DNA from: Camelus dromedarius
Lineage: Eukaryota
Direction of reading: 5' to 3'
NCBI RefSeq assembly: GCF_036321535.1
Contig: NC_087436.1
Coordinates: forward strand, 48,486,001-48,550,000
Length of the DNA: 64,000 nucleotides
The notes beneath the pieces are model-generated. The model was not told the DNA's origin and did not search any database. It saw nothing but the letters and a program-made list of their open reading frames with translations. Every line of letters begins with the position of its first letter. Position 1 is the stretch's first letter. The position numbers and the translations under genes are program-made. This document shows, piece after piece, positions 52,601-64,000 of the stretch.

Positions 52601-54054
52601 TTTATTGTTATTGTTACTATTACTATTTTTATTACTATCATTATAATTTTTTTGCTAGTGTAATTATTGTCATAGCATTACATATTGTTTTATGTCTTAT
52701 CTTTTCAACAAGATTTTAATGTTTTAAACGCAGGAAATTTTCTTCCATTTTTGTATTTCTTTTGGAACAGACTATCAACTGGTTGCAGTCTCCCCATTTA
52801 CCATTTTTATGAAATTTATCCTATACCCTCTTTATTTAGACTTTTTCTGCTTTTACATATATGTCTTATTAATTCCACTAAACTTTAAACAACTTAAAGC
52901 TGATGCTGTGTTTTATTTATATCTATGTCATGGTTTCATGTAATTCACTCAATTTGAATAGATAAAACTGCAAGCTGTGTCTGATTTGTCTAAAATTCTA
53001 AGTAGGGTCTCAATTAGCAATATTTTTACTTAGTTAGAAATGAGTATAAAACTAGAATATCAAAGGTCATCATAAGGAGAAAATAATGAGAGAGCAGGCA
53101 GAAAGGGAAATGTAAATTAAAAAGATAAAGAGACTAAAATAAGAGAAAAAGAATATGTATAAATAGCTCAGCACACAAAAACACTTATTTTTCCAGCATC
53201 ATTTCCATTGGCATATAAAGAAATATAATAAAATTCTTTTAAAAAATTTAGTGTTTGTATTTACAAACACATCAAAGTATGTGATTATTCACAGTTCTCT
53301 GTGTCTACAATATAGATAGTTGCTAGAAATTGAAATAATGTCTAATGTCTCTATGTGAGTTTTGAAATGTAAGTTCTAATGATTTACATTTGTATTTTGA
53401 AATGATTTGATTTAAAATGGCTATGCCTAATTCCCTGTACATTCCTAGAATGTGAACTTATATATAGTTGGGATTAATTTAAGAATGTTTTTTTCAGAGG
53501 GCAGCAACTTTTTGCTTTAATTTTTTTATAATCAAGGACAAGTATATTTTATGGAAGGAAGTTACCTTTTGCTTGTAGGTTAATTTAGTAAAACCATGCA
53601 ACTTCAAGAATCATGTAATATCTTCCAAGAATTTATGAAGTAATGACCTGTAAGAATGTATCTTGTTTCTTATTAATAGGGATGTGTTCCATACTTATTC
53701 ATAGTTTTCTTACTACCCTTATCAGTAATGTTTATTATAGAGTTGACAATGTGCTCTTTAAGATTCCAGTAATGCCAAAATGAGAGGATTTAATAACACC
53801 TTACATGATACCAGGAAATTTCAGAGGCTATGCAATGTAAAATATGTCAAATAGTCACGAAAGACAAACTGTCGAGGTTAAAGATATAAAATAATCAGTT
53901 TAGTATTTGTGTAACACAAAAAGTGATTCCCTAATCCTCAGTTAAATGTAAGGCAGCAGTATAATGCTATTAATGTAAATCTAACAGGAACCTGTAGTTT
54001 TTGTCGGGTTTTTTTTGTTGTTACTTTTTTTGTGGTATTGACATCAACATATGC

Positions 54055-54820
54055 AAGTAAGTCATTGGAAAAGAATTGAGAAAACAGAAACAGATTTATA
54101 CATATATAATCAATTATTTTCAGCAAAAGTACAAAGGCAATTCAATAGAGAAAGAATGTTTTCAACAAATGGTGTCAAAATGATAGTATATCCACTTACC
54201 AAAAAAAAAACCTTGATCAATAACATTCATTGTATACACAGATTTACTCAATAGAGCCCTCGACCTAAATGTAAAACCTAAAACTTCCAGGAAAAAAATA
54301 AGAGAAAATCTTTGTGAACTTGGTTGGCCAAGATTTCCTAGCTATAACCACAAAATATAAATCACTAAACAAAAATGTGATAAATTGGGTTTTATCAAAA
54401 TTAAGAAATTCTGCTCTCTGAAAGACACTCTGAATGAAAAGATAAGACAGAGACTAGGATAAAATATTTGCAAATCACACACTGATAAAGAATTTGTATC
54501 CACAATATAAAAAGAATTCTCAAATTCTACATTAAAAAAGCAAAAACAGACTCAATCAATAATGGGCAACAGATTTGAATACTTTAGCAAAGAAAGATAT
54601 ATAGATGGCAAAAACACATGGAAATGCTCAACATCATTAGTCATTAGAGAAATGCACAATTAATCACAATGAGATACTAATTTACCTTTTAGGGTGGCTA
54701 ATATTGAAAAGACAGATCTTGCCAAATGTTGGCAAAAATGTGGAGCAACTGGAATTTTCATACACTGCTGGTGGGAACATAAAATCACACAACCACTTTA
54801 GAAAACAGTTTGCCAGTTTC
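54055..54820 (+). mobile_element. Old L1 ORF2 3' fragment
   Basis: ORF 54051..54254 is L1-like; aaatgctcaacatcattagtcattagagaaatgc ... cactgctggtgggaacataaaat. Confidence 0.85.
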
Positions 54821-55063
54821 TTTTTTTTTTCTCTCTCATAGACATAATATTTTATTTCTATATACATCTTTTAAAATTTTACATGTATATACTGTTTGTT
54901 TCTAAGAACAATTTAGAGCTTTAGTTTTTTAAACTTACATAATTATGAAAGGAATAAAGCCAAAATAAGAATCAACATAATGCAGTAATCCAATCATAAA
55001 AGACAGTCAAATGTGCTTACACATATTCAAGAAATAATCATCTAAGTTATAAATAATAAGTCA

Positions 55064-55955
55064 TTCATTTTTGTCCTTTTCTTTTTAGATTCCACATATA
55101 AGCAATATCATATGGCATTTTTCTTTCTCTTTTTGGCTTACCTCACTTAGAACAATGATCTCCAGGTCCATTCATGTTGCTGCAAATGGCATTATTTTAT
55201 ACTTTTTTATGGCTGAGTAGTATTCCATTACATATATACACATTATATATATAAATATAAACACATACACACACACATCTTCTTTATCCAGTCATCTGTT
55301 GATGGACATTTGGGTTGTTTTCATGTCTTGGCTATTGTAAATATTGCTGCCATGAACATTGGAGTGCAGGTGTCTTTTTGAATTATATTTTCTCCGGGTA
55401 TATGCCCAGGAGTGGGATTGCTGGATCATAGGGTAAGTCTATTTTTAGTTTTCAAGGGAACCTCCATACTGTCCTCCATAGTGGCTGCACCAATGTACAT
55501 TCCCACCAACATTGTTGGAGGGTTCCTCTCCAGCGTTTGTCGTTTGTAGACTTTTTAATGATAGCCACTCTGGCTGGTGTGAGGTGATATCTCATTATAG
55601 TTTTGATGTGCTTTTCTGTAATAATTAGTGATGTTGATCTTTTCATGTGCCTATTGGCCATCTGTATGTCTTTGGAAAGATGTCTATTTAGGTCTTCTGC
55701 TCATTTTTTGATTGGGTTGCTTGTTTTTTTGATAATAAGGTGTATGAGCTCTTTGCATATTTTGGAAATTAGTCCTTTGTAGGTCACATCATTTGCAAAT
55801 ATTTTCTCCCATTCTATGGGTTGTCTTTTTGTTTTGTTGATGGTATCCTTAGTTGTGCTAAAGCTTTTAAGTTTAATTAGATCCCATTTGTATTTTTGCT
55901 TTTATTTCCATTACTCCAGGAGCTGGTTCAAAAACTACCTTGCTATGATTTATGC
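55064..55955 (-). mobile_element. Younger L1 fragment (ORF2 C-terminus to start of 3' UTR)
   Basis: ORF 55452..55661(-) [14 protein letters not shown]...[16 protein letters not shown] is the L1 ORF2 C-terminal region; ttttagattccacatataag marks the ORF2 end. Confidence 0.9.
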
Positions 55956-56854
55956 AGGTACCTGTAAAATTAACTGAACTTTTCCTATATAAAACCCCTG
56001 AAATGACATTTTTCCAAATTTGTCAGCCCTCTTTTAAAGCATAGTTCCTATACTTTAAGAAAGATTTACTTATTTGGAGAATTTTTAGTAAACAATTAAA
56101 ATAAGACTTGTAAAATGAATTGGTTATTATTTATAAGATAGCTGTATGATGCCTGGCTAAATGACCAGCTCTCAGAGGGCCATATTAGATAGCTTTTATT
56201 ACATTAGCTTCTATTTTGATTCTGTGTTGATTTCTGTTTTAAATACAGAAATGATTTACCTCTAAAAAGTTTTATTTATCCAGTAATTTTTTCATATCAC
56301 AGATAGATGTGTTTGTTATGTGTTGATAATGAAATGAATTTTCAACATGAAAAAGATGGGTTTTCACAATTTTTAACTACAATCTTATTTAATACACCTT
56401 TAAAAGGTTTATTATACAAATAAACAAGATCAGATCTTTTTTCATTTAGAAAATACAAGAGAAACATAGTGTATACAACACAGATTTGGAAAGACCAGTC
56501 AAAAAGGTCAAATAGGCTCTTATCTAGTTTGACTGATTAATCAGTAATGTGCTTTAATATTCAGTATTATAATTAAAATACAATTATTAAAGGTTTATTT
56601 CTCTCAATATTAATCATCTTTTCAGATATAATTTCTATAAGTTTTAGGAAATCTCTGAATTTGTAATTAATTATGAAACTTTTTAAAGCTGAAATAAATT
56701 TTTTAAAATATTATATTGAAAAATGTAGCATATATGTTTTCCTAAAAACAATAGACTAGGTGTTTTAAATCATTTATCCAATTTTTGTATTGATTATATA
56801 CGTAATATAAGGAAAAAATGTTTTCAATTAATTTAGCCTTTCTTTAAGTAATTA

Positions 56855-57310
56855 CTCTACACTAACTCTATGCCAAGCACTGTTTAAGGAATGGAGGTTC
56901 TTGAAGTAGATAACAGTCTGTCTTTCCAAGGGATTTCATAGCCAAATACAGGAAATAAATGTGAAAGTAACTAATTATAAGTTAATGAAATACATGTACA
57001 TATTACTATATTAGCACAAAGGAAGAAGTCAGGTGAGGTTATATTAATTTTTTAACTTTTTGTTTTGTTTTGTTTTTGGTGGCAAAGAGAAGAGATGATA
57101 TGTCTGAAAAGGTTTCATAAAAGACAGGATACTTATTGATGAATTTGAAATTTGAGTAGGAATTTGCTTGGTGAAGAGAGAAGGATATTCTTAAGACAGA
57201 GAACAAGGAAATGGACTGCAAAAAAAAAAAGTGCCAAATAGGTTGATGAAAAAAACAGTAGTCAAATCTGGTACGTGGAGCCAGAAAAAGAGAGATGGAG
57301 AGCTAAAGAA
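56855..57310 (-). mobile_element. L2 3' fragment
   Basis: tatgccaagcactgttt ... tttgagtaggaatttgcttggtgaag; degenerate. Confidence 0.5.
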
Positions 57311-60089
57311 GGAGCTGAAACAGTACACTGATTATTTGTTACCAAGGTTTATGGAAGAGCAGTGATGTACTCTTCTTTGAAATATTTATTTGAGGTTTGT
57401 AATTAGAAATAGTTCTCATTTTATTGTTTTCCCTCTTGTTTGTCCTCTGGCTCCTTTGTGTTTTGAGCTTTCAACTTCAAAGTAACATTGATTTTGAATG
57501 GCACAAATACCACGTGCACACTTTTTTTACCCACAAGTTTTGGGAAAAATCCTACATCATATGAAACCAGTCAATTCAACAGCTAATTGTAATACTGCAT
57601 ATTTATTTAGTCATTTAATTGACTCGACAGAAACCAAAAGTTTCCATATTCAATAGCAACATTAAATTTTCTTGGAAAAAACATTTATTTTTGTAATTAC
57701 ATCCTCATAGGAATTAAAAATTTTTTAATTTTAAAGTTTTACATAAAATAGAATATTTACATACTTATAAGACTCAATGCTTTGCCTCTTACAGAAGAGA
57801 GAAAAACGATCTTATTAGTCAAGATAATTCTGTTTTGTTTGTTTTTTAACCATGGTCCTATTAACTTATTACCTGCTGACATTTTTAAGAAGATAATAAA
57901 TTTAATTACTTCTGCCTAAGTGAGTATTCAAAATCATTTTTGGCATTATCAAATTATACCCAGTAAACTTACTGTTGAGTTGATAAAGGACAAACACATA
58001 GGAACTTTATATGATTACATAACTCAGGGTTGGCCCCAAGATTATCTAAAATTACTAAAATTACTCCTAGATTTAGAACCTTAGAGTACCAGTTGGATTG
58101 GAAAAATATGGAGGAATTTAAAAGGGATAGATTAGTTAGAATTTCAGTGATAGAAAACATGCTTATAACTTGCAGGACAGACATATTTCAGGGCTCTGAA
58201 GAGAAAAAAGGCAGCTTCGGGCCAGTGACAAGAAACAGCCATTTAGTTATTACGAGTGGAAACTAATCCTTCATGGAAAACCCGACTAAACCTTAATGCC
58301 ATTTTGCCCTTAAGAAGGGAACCTCAGGAAACTGGCCTATGAAACTTTTAAACTGTTTTTTGAAGTCATTGTAGTGTGTATTGTTCACCAAAATAGCCAG
58401 TGCAATTTTACCAAAACGTTAAACATATCCTTGCACTGTTTATAAAACCAAGGCATAGTCACACTTTGACCATTAAAAGGTGTAGTTCCCGCAAGTCAGA
58501 AAGGGAAATATAGAAGGAAATAGTGTATAAACTTGGGAAATAAAACTGTGTGAAAATTTCCCCAATTTTCTGCTTACCTGTATATGTTCCTAAATCCTTT
58601 GAGGGGCAAGGGCAGTATCGTCTTCATTGTAATGTCTCTAGCATTTAACGTAGTGCCACACATAGCTAGGATAACTGTCTAACTAAATTGTGATATTTTT
58701 GAGGATTAAAGGGGCACTAAAGGCACCAGATACTGAGTCTGCAGGTGGCAACCAGGACTCTCCCAGATAAACTAGGATACAGGGTCACACCACACATAGA
58801 CATTCAGTAAGTCTTTTAGGGGGAGGGAAGAAAGAAGAGAAACATCAAAGTCTAAAGTCCAGTTGTCATATGGGGTATATTATAAATCTCCTTTCTCATC
58901 AAACAGTAACAAAGAGTGAGAAAGAACATGCAACTTCACTGTAAGGGTTATATATTCAGAGAAACAGTACATTACATATTTCTGGTTTTAATGCCCATCT
59001 TTGTCATGGATGACTTTAATGATAGGATATTGGGAAATAGTAGGAAATACATTGAGCATTTTCAAGAATGTCTTGCATCATATGACTAAGGAAATTTTCC
59101 CTGAGACAGAAAATGTTCTACCTTTACTAGAAATATTATAAGAACTATTAAGTTCGCTTGTAGATTTTTTGCTAGAGTGGAGTATGTGAGCAAAAACTAA
59201 AATGGCTCACAAATGCAGTTCAGAAAATTACCTTTCTCTTTCCTTTCTCTTCTTTTGAAACCCCCTCTTCCCATTTAGACATAAAAGTTGGTGCTTATTC
59301 TTGTGGCTTTAGACAGTAAGCCAAATTTTACAGCTCACAAAATTTGTAACAGGAAATAATCTAATTTGGGGTCACCTACAATAAAATAACTTCAGCTTGT
59401 TTTGAATACAGTGAGTCAAAATGTCACCAGATGGTTTAGTTTGGGCACTTTTTAGTTGACAAGAAATTCATTTTGACTACTGGTCTGTTTTTCAGTAGCT
59501 CCTCTGTATGTTTATCTGACTTATCATCTTCAGGATAAACTAGCAACCTGATGGAAAATAACAAATAGTTACAGAATTGAGAATGCCATTTTTTATTTGT
59601 GGGCAGAGGAAACCTTTTTACTTTAGATCTGTCACCCATGATTCTTCATCTTCTCCTTACCCCTGCTAAGAGGATGAAAGCAGAAAAGACTGGTCAGAAA
59701 GGAAAAAATAAGGATACCCATGTGTGGGACTTAATGAAATATCTCTCTATCTATTTTATGAAAATTTAAAAAAGGAAATAGATGGCTTATTTATAAATAG
59801 CTGCACAAAAATATGATAGTGCCATATAAAATCCTTACACTGAATTCTTTGGGAATTAATCATTTAAAAGTATGTGATAAATAAAAAAGCTGTTGTAGAA
59901 GAGAAGAATAAGAATTTTTAATATGGTGAGACTAAAGGAAAAAGATGAATTAATTTTATATCTCACTGCAAAAAATTCAAAGATAGAAAGTTTCATTAAA
60001 ATAGAAAATTTATATGAGACATGATTTTGTGCCATAGTGCAATATTAAACCTCACTTGAAGTTTAAGAGGAAATTTGATAAATACCTTA

Positions 60090-60233
60090 ATTTTATTTGT
60101 TGTTCTTTTTGGGGAGAAGTGGGGGATTAGGTTTATTTATTTCTTTATTTTTAATGGAGGTACTGGAGATTGAACCCAGAACCTCATCCACGCTGGGCAT
60201 GTGCTCTACCACTGAGCTATCCACCCCACCTCC
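60090..60233 (-). mobile_element. tRNA-derived SINE, vic-1 (camelid)-like
   Basis: The reverse complement reads gggtggatagctcagtggtagagcacatgcccagcgtggatgaggttctgggttcaatctccagtacctcc plus an aaataaataaacctaat tail; homologous to 45974-46108. Confidence 0.85.
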
Positions 60234-62499
60234 AATTTTTTTAAAGGATAGCATTTACCCTTACATAGTTCACCTATTGGTTAGAAAATACTATTTGAGG
60301 GGTCATTTTATGGCTCTAGATGTAAATCTTTATTATAATAAATCACACAGTATTTTGTGAACATTTTAAAAGAATCAGCAGTAATACCCATGGAATCTTT
60401 TGTTTTATTTTGACTACTGTCTGTTTTTCAGTAGCTCCTCCTAAATTCTCTCAGGTTGGTTTATAAATCAGAGGACACGTGCGTTTCATTTTTTTTTTAA
60501 TTTGCCCCAGGGAACTTTTTTGACACTTCTGAAATAACTTGAAATCTGACACTGTGCTGATTTCATCAGTTCTGTAATATCTCCCCTTTAAAGAAATTTT
60601 TCTAAATATAACAAGACATAATATATCTCATTCCAAAGCCTGTCCTTAGCAACCAAAAAGTATGCCAGCCTTACAATTTCTATTTACATATATGAAATAA
60701 TATATAGTATGTAGTAATATACAAAATAAATGTATACACATATTTATTTGTATGTATTTTATACATAAATGTGTATTTGTGTGTATTTTATATATACATG
60801 CAGTTATGACACATACCATATATAAATCTGGCCATCAGTGTTTGGCAGAGCACAAGGAAAATGTTTTCATGATAAATTAGGTTTCTTCAGTATAACCTTA
60901 ATTAGCTGTGTAATCCCAAATAGTAATTATCTTTTATCAGGCTCAAATAAGAAAGATATTTAATAATCATAGGTATAGCTATGGAGAATTGCCAGCGGCA
61001 TGAGTTTCTTGTTTAAAATGAAGCGTGCTTTTAAAAAGTTAATAACTATGCTTTCATCAACATAAAGTTGAATGCTTATGATTGTTGATGTTGCTTACTT
61101 CTGGCTTCTGGGTAAGTTAGGTCTATAAACATGCCACCACTAATTGGAAGGAGGAAAAAAAGTTGGAAGTTAAACCCAGAAGTTCCTTGACCCTTGGGTT
61201 CTGTCCTGAGTCTTCACTTTTATCTGTAACTCTTGAAGCTGACGTAAATTGTACCTTTCTTGTTCTTAGAGCAAAAGATGAGACAGTCGATAGAATGAAT
61301 TTATTGCAGTAGAATAAATATCAAATCAAGAAAAAGTATTAATCAAATACTCATTCTTTATCCAGCACCCTGTGGGTAAAAGCTCACGTTTCATCTGGAA
61401 TAAAACTTTATCAGGGTATTGAATACAGCACCTCCTTGTCTTTTCTTTTTGGCCTTGATGCTTCTCTTTGTAAAATATGTGATGTTGCTTATAAGCAAAT
61501 AATTATAAAATACATTCTGTCCATTAGAAGCAAAGTTTTAATTGAGAAAAGGAGGAAGGCTATTTACACTAACAGATTGTTGAGGATTTTGTACCATTTC
61601 TTGAAATGTTAAAAATAAAGAACTTTGAAAACTAAATAAGAAAAGCAGACATTATTTTTAGAGGTTATTTTCACCAAATAATTGGTTTGATAAATAAATC
61701 TGTTATGTTATTGAAAGAAGAAATTGAGGTTATTAAGGGAAAACTTTCTTGAGTTATTGTCATTTCAATATCAAAAAGAAAAAAAAGTTAAGCTCTTTGA
61801 AATACGTGATAATTTTGTGTTTTTAATTAGTAAAAATGTGATGGTCACTTGCCCTTGAGTTGATTGTTGCCTATATCTTGTTTAAATTAGTACATAGTAT
61901 GTAAATTGGCAAGGATAGTAATTTGTGGAAATAATGGAAAAAATAGGAAGTACTCCTCATATTCCAACTAAATCCTATGAATTAGAATAGGATTAGAGTC
62001 AACAGCAGATATTTTAATTGCCTACTGTGTGCCTATTTTTGGATTAACATGATGTTAATTTTTATTCCTAAATATGCCAAATGCAGAGTTGGATGGCAAT
62101 AAATTAGAACTGGAACAACGGCCTATATCTGTATATATAAACAAATTTGAGGCATAATTATTCTATTTGTGGCTGTGTTGTTCCTTATTTAAGTATCTTA
62201 CACTTTTTGAACAGATAATAAATGCGAGGCAGATTTACTATCACTAGAGAAAATATATTTGTTGAATTTAATAGGAAAACATCATGCATCATGTGAATAA
62301 TTTGTGATTCAAGAAATGAACTGACAGCTCTGAAGGTAGAAAATAAGTTGTGGCATAGCTTTTTATGTTTGTTTAATAATTAGCTATAAGTAGTTAAAGT
62401 GGTAACAAAACAGAAATTACCTATTAAAGTATGTTTTCTTCACAGGGAAACTAAATCTCATTCAAAATGTAAATAAAATAGTAATTTATGTGGATTTAA

Positions 62500-62721
<222 letters not shown>

Positions 62722-63419
62722 TAAAATTTTGTTGTCACAAGAAATCCATGTATCTAAACAAGTTCCTGCTACTAATTGTAGCCTTCTGTTATATAGTTTG
62801 GATGGTTACCTCTTACATTCTCACGATAAGTAAAGGGAAAGTATCTTATTTTTCCTGGTACTATCAAATTACTTTGAAAAACCTGTTAGTATTAGTGTTG
62901 TATTAAATTGTGCCATCAGTGGTTTTCACTTGGATTTTATGATATTCAGGGTTGTTTTTGAAGAAGTAGGAAATTTGAACGTAGTGAGTTCTTAAGTAGC
63001 TGCTTCTGTGTTTTGCTTGATATATTGCCTTGGAAGCTCTGTCAGATTTTGACTTACTTCATTACTTTTCTGGTAATTTCATATAAAATCAAAAGTCATA
63101 GTTGACTCTCAAAAGTTAGCCAGGGTATAGCTTAGCCTGTTACTCATTTGTATTATGTGACATGGAGTCAAACATCTTTTTAAAAAGGTGATTGGAATAC
63201 AGTATCATTGGTTGTTGTAAACCTGAAAAAAAAAAAAAAAAGCAAAACCCTTTTTGAGATAGCAGTCTCCTTATTCCATCTTAACCTTCTTTGTTTCCTG
63301 ATCATGCCTTTCCTTTTAAGACATATCCAGAAACAGTATGTTGATGGTAAGATTGAGGTGAAAAATGTTTATATTAAAACTACTAATACATTTAAAGTGT
63401 TAACAATAACATTTATGGT

Positions 63420-63640
63420 ATGAATACTTGCAGGGTGCTTTGAAGTTTAAAAGTACTTTCATAAACATTTCATTTGATTCTCAAAACAAATCTGTGAGGT
63501 GTATGAAGCAGATAATTTCAGTTTTTAATAGATAAGAAATTCAGTGTTTGGAAAGGTAACAAAACTAAATAATCTCAGAACTAGTATGTTAACTTATATC
63601 ATTTGAGAACCCCTGGCCCCCATTCTGATTCGTCTTCCAG
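63420..63640 (-). mobile_element. MIR SINE
   Basis: tcatttgattctcaaaacaaatctgtgaggt ... ttttaatagataagaaattcag. Confidence 0.55.
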
Positions 63641-64000
63641 TGGAAGAATAGAGAATGAAAGGTAGGTGTACTTATTTCTAGTTCATTGCTCTTTGTGTTG
63701 CACTGTATCTCTCTGTGACATGATCATCAGGCCTGAGTAGACATCCTGCCATCCTTGACATATACAATGTCATTTGCTTTTAGGCCTATGAAGACATACC
63801 TTTTATTTGAATACATGACTTATCTAATGAGGGCTCTCAAAAAATATACAGAGCATAGAACAAATAGAAATAAAATAAGAACACGCCTTGTAATTATGGA
63901 TAGAGATTAAAAAAAAAACCTTGTGAAAAATTAACCAATATAGATATCATATTAAGTATTCATTTTTATTCAACTCCTCCTTTCTTGCTTCACATTATAA

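Overview
This is AT-rich mammalian genomic DNA lying entirely inside one gene, TBCK (TBC1 domain containing kinase), on the + strand. I traced 17 consecutive internal coding exons by hand (22373 to 62646, 1594 nt in total). All introns are GT-AG and the phases join into one open frame. The exons cover the C-terminal part of the pseudokinase domain, the linker and most of the TBC (Rab-GAP) domain, probably exons 4-20 by human numbering (from memory). The start and stop codons lie outside the window. Two tRNA-derived SINEs of vic-1 type point to a camelid genome. The introns hold transposon fossils: MaLR/ERVL LTRs, L1s of several ages, L2, MIR, MER2, MER103, a full-length Tigger1 and an ancient RTE-X/L4-like reverse transcriptase remnant. 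Repeat family names come from recognition, not a database search. I found no convincing new biological system. The most unusual items are an L1 fused to an unidentified polyadenylated 3'-UTR-like segment, a twin-priming-type L1 inversion, a 53-bp L1 insertion with perfect TSDs, and several inverted-repeat or hairpin structures that could affect TBCK splicing.
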